Below are positions 18,411-27,694 of a stretch of 64,000 bases of DNA, one piece after another. Made by a program: the position numbers and the translations under genes. Numbering within the stretch: the stretch's first letter is position 1; each line of letters starts with the position of its first letter. The notes below the pieces were generated by a model. It had not been told where the DNA came from, searched no databases, and saw nothing but the letters and a program-made list of their open reading frames with translations. Source of the stretch: an uncultured Victivallales bacterium (GTDB taxonomy: Bacteria > Verrucomicrobiota > Kiritimatiellia > UBA8416); the NCBI GenBank assembly GCA_964472315.1, contig CAYYJS010000007.1:14299-78298 (forward strand), read 5' to 3'.

Positions 18411-19589
18411 TCAGCGGGGTTCGGCGATGCAGTAGAGGTGCTGCATGCCGCGGATATACAGCCGGTCGCCGTCGAACACCGGGCTGGCGCGCGTCCGTTC
18501 GAGCGTGTTCTCGGCCACGACGGTGGGGGTGTCCGTGGCGGTCACGACGAGTGTAATGCCGTTGTCGGAGCAGAGGTAGAGCAACCCGCCCGCGGCCGCG
18601 GGCGAGGCGTAACACTGGCCGTTGCGGGCGTTCATGACCGCGAACGTCGTCTCCGTCACGCATGTGCCGTCGGCTGGCTGGAGGACGGTCAACGTGCCGC
18701 TCTGACGCAGCGCGAACAGGCGTCCGTTGCAGAGGATGGGCGAGGCATAGTAGCGGCCCTGCTTGACCGGCGTCTGCCACCGTTTCTCCGGCGCGGCGTC
18801 GGCGTTCAGCGTCCACGCCGACGCATGCTGGTCGTCCACGCCGGCGACATAGGCGACGCCGTCGAGCACCACGGGCGCGTTGTAGTTGAGCGTGCCCAGG
18901 CCGCTGCCGACCGTGCGTCCGTCGGCGACGGCGAGAAGCAACCCCGACGCCGTGAGGACGGCGGCCGTATCGCCGAGGCGCACGGCGACCGTGGAGCCGT
19001 GTCGCGACGGCGACGTGACGGTCCACACCGGTTCGCCGGTTTCGGCGTTCAGGCCGGAGACGTCGCCATGGGCGACGACCAGAATGTCTCCGCTCAGAAG
19101 CGGTGAACTGCAATGGCCCCATGCGGAACCGCCGAGGGGCAGCGTCCGGCTCCAGAGTCGGCCGCCGTCACGGTCGTGCGCGGCGACGATGCCGGTGCCG
19201 CAAAACGTGTAGACCCTGCCATCCGCGCCGACGGCGGGTGTCGCGGTGGTGCCGCCCGTCTCGCTGTGTCCGCCGGACTTGCCGCCTGGCGTGGCCACGG
19301 TCCAGAGGATCGTGCCGGTCGCCCGGTCCAGGCAGAGCAGGCGGTCCGGTTCGGCCGTTACGAAGATCCGGTCGCCCCTCAGCGCGGGCGACCCGTTGCT
19401 CCAGGATGGCATGGGCGTCTTCCAAACCACATTGCTTGTGGGGGACCAGTGTCGCGGCGGGTGGGATGCATCGAAGGTGCCCGATCCGTCGCGCCGCCAG
19501 CCGAATGCGGACTCGTCGCGCCCGTTCGCCGTCGTGGCCGCCAGCCATCCCAGAATGGTCACCATGCCCAATTGCCTTGCGGTCATCAT
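18411..19589 (-). CDS. Secreted PQQ-like beta-propeller repeat protein (BamB-like fold)
   Basis: Signal peptide; repeated G-x-L/V-x-A-x-D-x-x-T-G-x-x-x-W blocks (e.g. LDRATGTILWTV, LNAETGEPVWTV). Confidence 0.7.
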   Translation of the reverse strand: MMTARQLGMVTILGWLAATTANGRDESAFGWRRDGSGTFDASHPPRHWSPTSNVVWKTPMPSWSNGSPALRGDRIFVTAEPDRLLCLDRATGTILWTVATPGGKSGGHSETGGTTATPAVGADGRVYTFCGTGIVAAHDRDGGRLWSRTLPLGGSAWGHCSSPLLSGDILVVAHGDVSGLNAETGEPVWTVTSPSRHGSTVAVRLGDTAAVLTASGLLLAVADGRTVGSGLGTLNYNAPVVLDGVAYVAGVDDQHASAWTLNADAAPEKRWQTPVKQGRYYASPILCNGRLFALRQSGTLTVLQPADGTCVTETTFAVMNARNGQCYASPAAAGGLLYLCSDNGITLVVTATDTPTVVAENTLERTRASPVFDGDRLYIRGMQHLYCIAEPR

Positions 19590-19763
19590 CGTCCATGCCT
19601 CCCGAGGTTGTGTTCGGCGCCCGGCACGACCGATCGCCGGTCGAACTCTAGCGCCGCCATGGTCTTTCGGGCGAGCTCATTCAATGTCTTTTCAGAAGTG
19701 GCGACTTTGGCTATTATGCCCGTCCGAGAATACCAGAAGAATCAGTGTCGGAAAGGATCAGGC

Positions 19764-20714
19764 ATGACAAATGGCGCAGGCGGCCGGGAGTTGCATATCC
19801 CGTCGGGGTCGACGCTGGATGGCGAGGCATACAGGCAGTTTCTCAGGGACGCTGTGCGGTTGCTGGGAAGGTGCCCGCAATACTTGGCGTCGGGCGAGGA
19901 CATCCACGTGCTGGAACTGGCGCATCTGGTTCCGCCGGTACCCGAAACCATACTGGCCATCTACGTCGGGATCAACGATGCCGTCTGCAACAAGGGCCTG
20001 GTGACGCCGTTTCTCCCGCGGCACGGGCACAACAACGTCTTCGTGTTCGACCCCGGGGTGTATGCGGGCGGGGATGACGTGCCCGACGGTACGGTGGACG
20101 CGAAGCGACTGCTGGCGGGATTCGAGCCGCCGAACGCATCGTGGTCGGATGCCTGGACCTACGTGATGATCGCGGATCCGGCGCGCTCCTTCGCGAGTCT
20201 GTGGGCCGAACGCGGCTACATCGACATGGTGCCCGCCAAATTCGAGGACTTCACGATGCTGTCCGATCCCGCCGTAAGCAAGGTGTGCACGTTCGTCGAT
20301 GAAGCCGCGTTCGAGCACCCCGTCAACCGCGCGCGTCCCTATTTGAAGGCCGCGCGCGAGCGCGGCCGGCGGTGCGCCGGCGAATTCGCGATCCCCGAAG
20401 GGCTGACCGGCGAGGTGGATGGGCTTGTGCCGGTGGTGTTGCACCGCGGCGAGAAGCTGTACGTCGCGCGGCCCGACTTCGGGCCCTGTCAGCATGCGTG
20501 GTCGAATCTGCACCCGGACAACCGCGAGGCGGCGGTTGTGAACGAGAACTCGGCCGTGCCGCTCGACCTGGTGGTGGCGAAGCCGCCCGTGTCGGCGGCG
20601 CATGCGAAGAGTCTGGTGCCGCCCAAGGGCAGCGCCGACATGACCACGGACTGGTTCCTGCGCGGGCTGCAGGTGCACCGCTTGCCGCTGTTGCGCGGGG
20701 CGGTCAAAGGGTAG
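19764..20714 (+). CDS. Hypothetical protein, first gene of a four-gene sugar-metabolism operon
   Basis: ATG with AAGGA upstream; 316 aa; no recognised motif. Confidence 0.5.
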   Translation: MTNGAGGRELHIPSGSTLDGEAYRQFLRDAVRLLGRCPQYLASGEDIHVLELAHLVPPVPETILAIYVGINDAVCNKGLVTPFLPRHGHNNVFVFDPGVYAGGDDVPDGTVDAKRLLAGFEPPNASWSDAWTYVMIADPARSFASLWAERGYIDMVPAKFEDFTMLSDPAVSKVCTFVDEAAFEHPVNRARPYLKAARERGRRCAGEFAIPEGLTGEVDGLVPVVLHRGEKLYVARPDFGPCQHAWSNLHPDNREAAVVNENSAVPLDLVVAKPPVSAAHAKSLVPPKGSADMTTDWFLRGLQVHRLPLLRGAVKG

Positions 20715-20735
20715 CGGACGAACGGGAGGAGACCC

Positions 20736-21956
20736 ATGGCAGTGGATGTTCTGATTCTGAATACGGCGGTGATGGATTTTCGCAGCGCGGACTTCACGTT
20801 CGTCAATGCGCTGGTTGGACCGGGCGGCCTGGCCAAATGCGCGACGCGCGACATGCCGGCCTACACGCAGGCGCAACTGAAGGCGTACCTGGACCGGGGG
20901 TGCGCCACCGCCGGCGGTCCCGGCAATACGGCGCCGCTCGTCGCGCGCGCCGGCGTCGGCATCGCGGCGGGTGTGGTGCTGGGGCGCGGGACCCGCGACG
21001 GACTCGATGTCGTGGGACGGGCCTTTTACGATACCATGACCGCCAACGGCGTCGACATGTCCGCGACGGTGGTGCATCCGGAACTGCCGACCGGCACGAC
21101 GTTCATCTGCGACTCGGACGACGGCGAGCGCGGGGGCATCGGGTACTTTCCCAACGCCAACCATGCGTTTGACTTCGCGATGTTCAAGCCGGCCGTCGAA
21201 CGTCTGCGGCCGCGCATCGTCTATTACATGTATTCCGGTCTTTCCGACCGGGGGGACGCCAACGGCGGCCGCGACCTGGCCGCGTTCATGGCCTGGTGCC
21301 GCGACCAGGGGGCCATCACGATCGCCGACAGTCACACGCTGACGAGCAACCCGGAGGCGCTGATCGATCAGGGGACGCCCGTGGACGAATACCGGCTTCT
21401 GGAGCCGTTGCTCCCCACGCTGGATCTGTTCTTCACGTCCGCGGACGAGGCGAAGATGATCCAGAACACGTTGGGTCCGGCGCGCGCGTGGCGGCGGTAC
21501 GGCGGCGACGAGAACATCCGGGAGGCGCTCGCGTTCCTGACCGGGCGTTTCTGGCGGGACGTTCGCCGGCCGTGCATGTTCGGCGTCACGGTCAAGGACG
21601 GCGCCTATGCGACGTGGATGAATGCCGACGGCGTGAAGACGCCCACGGAGCGTGTGAAGTCGCGCTTCATGATCCGCACCGTGACCGACCTTGTCGGGGC
21701 GGGCGATTCTTTCCGTGCCGGCTTCATCACCTATGTCGCGCGGCATGCCGACGCGTTCCGCGCCGGCATGCTGGACTATCGCGAGGCCATCCAGATGGGC
21801 AACCTGATGGCGACGCTGTACGTGACCGCGCCGCTGTGCGACCGCTACCGCCACATCGCACCGTATGCCGACCTGCTGCGTGTCATCCGCGGCGGGCGGT
21901 CTTTCGATACATTGGATGCACTACGGGAGGAGATCGACCATGACGCACATGCGTAA
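20736..21956 (+). CDS. PfkB-family carbohydrate kinase (ribokinase-like)
   Basis: DLVGAGDSFRAGFI (PfkB signature 2) near the C-terminus; N-terminal ~90-aa extension. Confidence 0.75.
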   Translation: MAVDVLILNTAVMDFRSADFTFVNALVGPGGLAKCATRDMPAYTQAQLKAYLDRGCATAGGPGNTAPLVARAGVGIAAGVVLGRGTRDGLDVVGRAFYDTMTANGVDMSATVVHPELPTGTTFICDSDDGERGGIGYFPNANHAFDFAMFKPAVERLRPRIVYYMYSGLSDRGDANGGRDLAAFMAWCRDQGAITIADSHTLTSNPEALIDQGTPVDEYRLLEPLLPTLDLFFTSADEAKMIQNTLGPARAWRRYGGDENIREALAFLTGRFWRDVRRPCMFGVTVKDGAYATWMNADGVKTPTERVKSRFMIRTVTDLVGAGDSFRAGFITYVARHADAFRAGMLDYREAIQMGNLMATLYVTAPLCDRYRHIAPYADLLRVIRGGRSFDTLDALREEIDHDAHA

Positions 21957-23016
21957 AGCGATGCCCTGGGATGGGCGCGTGGGCAATGGCGCCCAGGTGG
22001 CGGGCATCGAGGTGTCCGAATTGACCGACGGACCGGGGCGGGGCGTGCGTATCGCGTGGGTGAACACGGGTACGCCGTTGCGCTTCAAGGTCGTCATCGA
22101 CCGCGGGCTGGATATCGCCGACGCCTTCTACGGGCAGCATAGTCTGGCCTGGCTGAGCGCGTGCGGCACAGTGGCGCCGCAATCGGATCCCGCGGGCGGA
22201 ACCGAATGGCTGCGGGGGTTCGGGGGCGGGTTGGTCACCACGTGCGGTCTGTCGCATGTCGGCCCGCCGGAACCGGACGCCGGTGACGCGCGGGGCGTCC
22301 ATGGCCGTGCGAGCAACCTGCGCGGCGCGTTGGAGACGGTCCGCGGACCGTCGCTCGCCGCCGGCGACCTCGACATGACGATCGAGGGTGTGGTGCGCGA
22401 GATGCGCCTGTTCGGTCCGCAGCTTGAACTGCGGCGCCGGTACGGTATGCGCGTGGGCGAACCGACGATCCGGATCCGCGATGTCGTCACGAACGTGGGC
22501 AACACGCCGGCGCCACACATGCTGCTCTATCACTGCAACTTCGGATGGCCCCTGATCGATCGGGGCACGCGGCTGCTTTGGAAGGGTGGATGCGAGTCGC
22601 GCGGGTTGCCGATGGACGATGCGATCTTCGCCGCGGGGGGGCGGCCGGACATCTGTCCCGCGCCGGACGATGCGCACCGGGGCTCTACCGAAGCTTGCGG
22701 GTTCATCCGGTCCCGCGCGGGCGGCGGCGGCATGTGTACCGCCGGGGTCCACAACGCCCGACTGGGGTTGGCCTTGCGGATGGATTTCCGCGCCCGTCAG
22801 CTTCCCTGGATCACCAACTGGCAACACTGGGGACCGGGAGAGTACGTCACGGCGCTGGAGCCCGGCACCCATCCGCCGATCGGCCAGCAGGCGGCGCGCG
22901 CGGCGGGCACGCTGATCCTGCTTGCGCCGGGGGAGAGCCGGACGTACGAACTGACGCTGACGGTGCTGGCGGCGAAGGCGGCCATTGCCGACTGGAGGCG
23001 CATGTTCGATGAGTGA
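21940..23016 (+). CDS. Aldose-1-epimerase-like (DUF4432 / galactose mutarotase-like fold) protein
   Basis: RBS GGGAGG; beta-sandwich epimerase-like motifs (HGRASNLRG..., YHCNFGWP). Family assignment is by motif resemblance only. Confidence 0.55.
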   Translation: MTHMRKAMPWDGRVGNGAQVAGIEVSELTDGPGRGVRIAWVNTGTPLRFKVVIDRGLDIADAFYGQHSLAWLSACGTVAPQSDPAGGTEWLRGFGGGLVTTCGLSHVGPPEPDAGDARGVHGRASNLRGALETVRGPSLAAGDLDMTIEGVVREMRLFGPQLELRRRYGMRVGEPTIRIRDVVTNVGNTPAPHMLLYHCNFGWPLIDRGTRLLWKGGCESRGLPMDDAIFAAGGRPDICPAPDDAHRGSTEACGFIRSRAGGGGMCTAGVHNARLGLALRMDFRARQLPWITNWQHWGPGEYVTALEPGTHPPIGQQAARAAGTLILLAPGESRTYELTLTVLAAKAAIADWRRMFDE

Positions 23017-24307
23017 ATCGATGGCGGCACGCAAACACGTTTTCGTGGGGTTCGGGTTCGGACCGATCCAGGCGGGGTTGTTCCTCAAGGAAGCGCACGC
23101 GAGCGGCGCCTTCGAGCGGCTTGTCGTGGCGGAGATCGACCAGCGGCTGGTTGACGCGGTCCGCGCCAACGGCAACCGCTACGTGGTGAACGTGGCGCGG
23201 GCCGACGGCGTCTATCGGGAATCGGTCGACGGCGTGGAAATGCTCAACCCGCGCGTGGACCGCGATCTGGCATGCCTGCGCGAAGCGTTGGCGCGGGCGA
23301 CGGAGATCGTCACATCGCTGCCGTCCGTCGATTTCTATGCGGCCGGGACGCCGTCGGTCGCGTCGTTGATCGCCCAGGGCGTGCGTTCGGACGAAGCGCC
23401 CGGCACGCTGGTCTATACGGCGGAGAACAACAACCATGCGGCCGAGGCGCTCGATGCCGCGGTGGCCGCCGCCGACGGCGCGCCGCGCGGCCGGCCGGTG
23501 CAGTTTCTCAATACCGTGATCGGCAAGATGAGTCAGGTTGTGGCCGATGCCGAGGCCATTCGCGCGCTCGGTATCGCCGGCATGGCGCCGGGCATCGACC
23601 GGGCGTTCCTCGTCGAATCGTTCAACCACATCCTGGTGACGCAGTCGACGCTGGCGGCGCTAAAGCCCGGTATCGGCGTCTTTGAGGAGAAGGCCGACCT
23701 GCTGCCGTTCGAGGAGGCGAAACTCTACGGGCATAACGCGATCCATGCCGTCATGGCGTACCTGTCCGAATGGCGGGGGTATCGGCGCATGAGCGAGGCG
23801 GGCGACGATGCGCTTGTCATGGGCGTGGCGCGTGCCGCCTTCCTCGACGAATCCGGCGTGGCGCTCGTGCGCAAGTACGCGGGGTTGGGCGATACGCTGT
23901 TCACGGAGGCCGGCTATCGGCGCTACGCCGCGGACCTGCTGGCGCGGATGACGAACCGCCATCTGGCGGACGCCGTGGAGCGTGCGGGTAGGGACCCCGT
24001 GCGCAAGCTTGGGCTGTCCGACCGGATCTACGGGGCCATGTCCCTCGCGCTCGGGCAGGGGATATCGCCAGTCAATATGGGACGGGGTGCGGCGGCCGGC
24101 CTGATGAAACTCGTGAGCGAACGCGAACGGCATGGCGTCCCCGCGTCGCTGTCGGAGTCGATCGCGCACCGGCCGCCGCGGGCGTGGGCGCCACCGCTGC
24201 TGGACTGGGTGTGGGCGCGGAACGTATGTCCGCACCGGGATGCCCTGGTCGCGCTTACGATCGACGGTCTGGATTGGCTGGGCGCGCTCAAGGAACATGG
24301 TCGGTGA
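23009..24307 (+). CDS. Mannitol dehydrogenase-family (MtlD-like) NAD-dependent polyol dehydrogenase
   Basis: RBS GGAGG; N-terminal Rossmann HVFVGFGFGPIQAGLF as in mannitol-1-phosphate 5-dehydrogenase; ATG overlaps upstream stop. Confidence 0.6.
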   Translation: MSESMAARKHVFVGFGFGPIQAGLFLKEAHASGAFERLVVAEIDQRLVDAVRANGNRYVVNVARADGVYRESVDGVEMLNPRVDRDLACLREALARATEIVTSLPSVDFYAAGTPSVASLIAQGVRSDEAPGTLVYTAENNNHAAEALDAAVAAADGAPRGRPVQFLNTVIGKMSQVVADAEAIRALGIAGMAPGIDRAFLVESFNHILVTQSTLAALKPGIGVFEEKADLLPFEEAKLYGHNAIHAVMAYLSEWRGYRRMSEAGDDALVMGVARAAFLDESGVALVRKYAGLGDTLFTEAGYRRYAADLLARMTNRHLADAVERAGRDPVRKLGLSDRIYGAMSLALGQGISPVNMGRGAAAGLMKLVSERERHGVPASLSESIAHRPPRAWAPPLLDWVWARNVCPHRDALVALTIDGLDWLGALKEHGR

Positions 24308-24569
24308 CCCGCGGTTCCTATTGCCGGTAGTAGCCCGCCGTCACGGTACACCGCCTGAACCGCCCGATCGGGATCGGGAGAGGTGTGCCACGGACGACGA
24401 TAAATGCGCCAAATGTGCTTAAGTAAGCGCCATTCGATTCTGGGATGACGGCAAGATAGCGCGCGGACATTTCGGAAGACAAGCCGACAAAACCGCAGGG
24501 CGGGACTGACGGAGGATCTGGGTAGCCGACCCGCTGGTCGGCCCGAAATGCCGAACTGGGGAATCGACG

Positions 24570-25724
24570 ATGAAAGCGGTGGAACAGAGGAAGGCACCAT
24601 CGGTGGCGCTGGCGCGGTGCGGGGACTATGGGGCGGGATTGGCGGAGGCGGTGGCGCGCGCGGTGGATCTGTCGGGCGGGCTGGAGGATCTGATCCGGCC
24701 GGGGCAGACGGTGCTGCTCAAGCCCAACCTGCTGACCGATGCCGAGCCCGAGCGCGCCAAGACCACGCATCCGGAGTTGGCGCGGGCGGTGATCCGGCTG
24801 GTGCGCGCCCGCGGCGCCAACTGTGTGGTGAGCGACAGCCCGGCCAGCGTGATGAAGATCGCGCGCGTGTGGGAACGTACGGGCTTCCGGCGGCTGTGCG
24901 AAGAAGAAGGTGTGCCGCTGTTGTCGCTGGAGCAGGAAGGCGCGGAAGCGTTCGAGGAGAACGGCGTGAAATTTGCCGTGGCGCGCCGGGTGCTGGATGC
25001 CGACGTGGTGATCAGTCTGCCGAAGGTCAAGACGCACGTGCTGACCACGTTCACCTGCGGCGTTAAGAACCTGTACGGCTGCGTGCCGGGAATGCGCAAG
25101 TCCGCGATGCATAAGGTGTACTTCCGGCAGGCGCGTTTCTCGCGCGTGCTGGCCGGCATCTATGCGCATGTGCGGCCGGCGTTGACGATTGCCGATGGGG
25201 TGGTGGCGATGGAAGGCAACGGGCCATCTTCGGGCCGGTTGACGACGCTGGGGCTGGTGGCGGCGGCGCGGGATGCGGTGGCCCTGGATGCGGTGCTCTG
25301 CGAAGTGGCGGGTTTGCGGTCGGCGAGCGTGCCCTATCTGCGCGAAATGAAGCGGCGCGGGCTGGGGGAAACGGATTGGCGCGCCGTGGACGTTGTGGGC
25401 GAGTCGATCGATAGCGTGCGGCACCCGTTCCTGGCGCCCAACACGACCGGGGTGCGGCTGATGCCCCAGTGGCTGGTCGATCTGGCGGCGCCGCTGGTGT
25501 GGTGCCGGCCAGGTTTCTCGGAGCAATGCGTCTTCTGCGGGCGGTGCGTGGAGATGTGTCCGGCCGGCGCCTTGAGCATGGAGAAGGGGCAGCGGCCGAA
25601 GTTGAACCCGAAGGCCTGCATCGAGTGCTGCTGCTGCCACGAGGTGTGTCCGCACCATGCGGTGGAGATGCGGCTGAGTCCGCTGCTGCAGCGCATCAAG
25701 AAGCGCGACTCCTGTTTGCGCTGA
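24570..25724 (+). CDS. DUF362 domain protein with C-terminal 2x[4Fe-4S] ferredoxin domain
   Basis: DUF362 core (VLLKPNL...) followed by CVFCGRCVEMCP and CIECCCCHEVCP cluster motifs. Confidence 0.7.
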   Translation: MKAVEQRKAPSVALARCGDYGAGLAEAVARAVDLSGGLEDLIRPGQTVLLKPNLLTDAEPERAKTTHPELARAVIRLVRARGANCVVSDSPASVMKIARVWERTGFRRLCEEEGVPLLSLEQEGAEAFEENGVKFAVARRVLDADVVISLPKVKTHVLTTFTCGVKNLYGCVPGMRKSAMHKVYFRQARFSRVLAGIYAHVRPALTIADGVVAMEGNGPSSGRLTTLGLVAAARDAVALDAVLCEVAGLRSASVPYLREMKRRGLGETDWRAVDVVGESIDSVRHPFLAPNTTGVRLMPQWLVDLAAPLVWCRPGFSEQCVFCGRCVEMCPAGALSMEKGQRPKLNPKACIECCCCHEVCPHHAVEMRLSPLLQRIKKRDSCLR

Positions 25725-25943
25725 GACGGATTGCTGGTCGGGGGAGACCGAGGGAGCCGTCGGTAGGTGTGCGGGGGTCTGTCCGTTCCCGGTCCCCGTT
25801 TCCGTGTGGCCCGGTCGTTGTCGATGCCCGCGTGGGCCTTGCGCGTGCAAAGACGTGCATCCGGCTGTGAATCGCGCTAAGGTCCCACAGGTTAGGAACG
25901 TCTGTTCAGTGGTTTTTCGTCGATACCGGAAGAGAGGGGCGCC

Positions 25944-26780
25944 ATGACGATTATCGAGCCGCATATCCACATGTACTCACGTACGACCGACGACTACCAG
26001 GCGATGTACGCGGCGGGAATACGGGCGTGCGTGGAGCCGTCCTTCTGGATGGGGACGAACCGACGGTATGCCGGGACGTTTTTCGATTACTTCCAGTTGA
26101 TCCTGGAATTCGAGACCGTGCGTGCGCGGCGGTTCGGGATCGACCACTATGCGGCGGTGTCGCTGAATCCGAAAGAGGCGGAGGATGCGGTGCTCGCCGA
26201 CGAGGTGATCGCCGGTTTGGACCCGTACCTGTCGCATGCGCGCTGCGTGGCCATCGGCGAGATCGGGTTCAACGCCATCACGTCCGGCGAGGAACGGGCC
26301 TTCGTCCGTCAACTCGTCCTCGCGCGGGACCGCGGCATGCTTGTCATCGTGCATCTGCCGCACACGAACAAACTGGCCGGCGCGCGCCGGACACTCGCGC
26401 TCATCCGGGAGGTCGGTGTCGATGTGGATCGCGTCGTGATCGACCACAACACGGAGGAGACCATCGCGTTGAGTCATGCGTCGGGCTGCTGGAGCGGCAT
26501 GACCGTGTACCCGATTTCGAAACTGACGCCGGCACGGGTCTCGGAGATCATCCGCGAGCACGGCAGCGAGCGCATGATCGTCAACGGCTCGGCGGACTGG
26601 GGCGTTTCGGACCCGCTCAGCCTGGTCAAAGTGGTCGATTACATGAAGCGGGATGGCCACGATGACGCGACGATCGGCAATCTGGTGTTCAACAATGCGT
26701 CGGCGTTTTACGGGCAATGTTCGAAATGGCGGCCGGAGCTGAACCTGGCGCCGATTCCGCCTCGGGAATTCCAGCGGTGA
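25944..26780 (+). CDS. eboB: TatD-like metal-dependent hydrolase (EboB-like)
   Basis: MTIIEPHIHMY...GEIGFN...VIVHLPH...IDH TIM-barrel hydrolase motifs; first gene of the ebo-type cluster. Confidence 0.7.
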   Translation: MTIIEPHIHMYSRTTDDYQAMYAAGIRACVEPSFWMGTNRRYAGTFFDYFQLILEFETVRARRFGIDHYAAVSLNPKEAEDAVLADEVIAGLDPYLSHARCVAIGEIGFNAITSGEERAFVRQLVLARDRGMLVIVHLPHTNKLAGARRTLALIREVGVDVDRVVIDHNTEETIALSHASGCWSGMTVYPISKLTPARVSEIIREHGSERMIVNGSADWGVSDPLSLVKVVDYMKRDGHDDATIGNLVFNNASAFYGQCSKWRPELNLAPIPPREFQR

Positions 26781-26782
26781 GC

Positions 26783-27682
26783 ATGACGGCGCGGGACAGA
26801 ATGCGGGGTTGGTTGGAGCTGCTGCGGTTGCCCAACCTGCCGACCGTGCCGGGCGATCCGCTGGCCGGCTGGCTGTTGTCGGTGGCCGCGGGCGGGGTGG
26901 CGCCGCGTGCCGGTGCCGCCGGTGTCGCTGGGGCCATGGCGGCGGCCTTGTGTCTCTACCTGTGCGGCATCCTGCTCAACGACGTGGCCGATATCGGCGA
27001 AGACGGTCGCGCAAGGCCGTGGCGGCCGTTGCCGTCCGGACGCGTGCCGTCGCGGGAGGCGGCGCTGGCGGCGACGGCGCTGGCGGGCGGCGCGCTGGTC
27101 GCGGCCTTTCGTGTGTCCGTGGCGACGGGCCTCGTCGCCGCGGTGTTGTCGCTCGCGATTCTGGTGTATACGTTTGTCGCGCGGCGCTGGGCGTACGCGG
27201 GGATGGTCACGATGGGGTGCTGTCGGGGACTGAGCGTACTGCTCGGCGCGTCGGCCGCCGTCGGGCCGTTCGCGCCGGCGGCCCTTGGTGCGGCAGTGGC
27301 GGTGGCCTGTTACGTGATGGCGCTGTCCGCGATCGCCCGCCGCGAGACCGATCGCCGCCGTATCGGCGCGCCGCGCTTTGCGCCGCTGGCGGTGGGTGTC
27401 GTCGGCATCGGTGCGGTCGCCGCGCTGGCCGGCACGGCGCCCGTGGCGGCGGGATTGTGGCTGGCGGCGTTTGTCGCGAGCGGCTGGAGCAATGCCTGGG
27501 CGCTTCGCGGCGTGCCGGAACCCGAACGCGTGGGGCGGACGGTCGGCGCGTTCGTGCGGGGGCTGGTGCCGATGCAGGCGTCGCTCTGCGCGCTGGCGCC
27601 GTGCGGCGCGTGGGTTGGCGGCGCCATGGCGCTGCTGTGGTGCACGAGCGCCGCGCTAGCGCGGCGGTTTCAGGCGAGCTGA
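26783..27682 (+). CDS. eboC: UbiA-family prenyltransferase (EboC-like)
   Basis: NDVADIGED (NDxxDxxxD) prenyl-diphosphate-binding motif; about 8 TM helices. ATG 3 nt after the eboB stop. Confidence 0.8.
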   Translation: MTARDRMRGWLELLRLPNLPTVPGDPLAGWLLSVAAGGVAPRAGAAGVAGAMAAALCLYLCGILLNDVADIGEDGRARPWRPLPSGRVPSREAALAATALAGGALVAAFRVSVATGLVAAVLSLAILVYTFVARRWAYAGMVTMGCCRGLSVLLGASAAVGPFAPAALGAAVAVACYVMALSAIARRETDRRRIGAPRFAPLAVGVVGIGAVAALAGTAPVAAGLWLAAFVASGWSNAWALRGVPEPERVGRTVGAFVRGLVPMQASLCALAPCGAWVGGAMALLWCTSAALARRFQAS

Positions 27683-27694
27683 GGCGGGTCCCGG

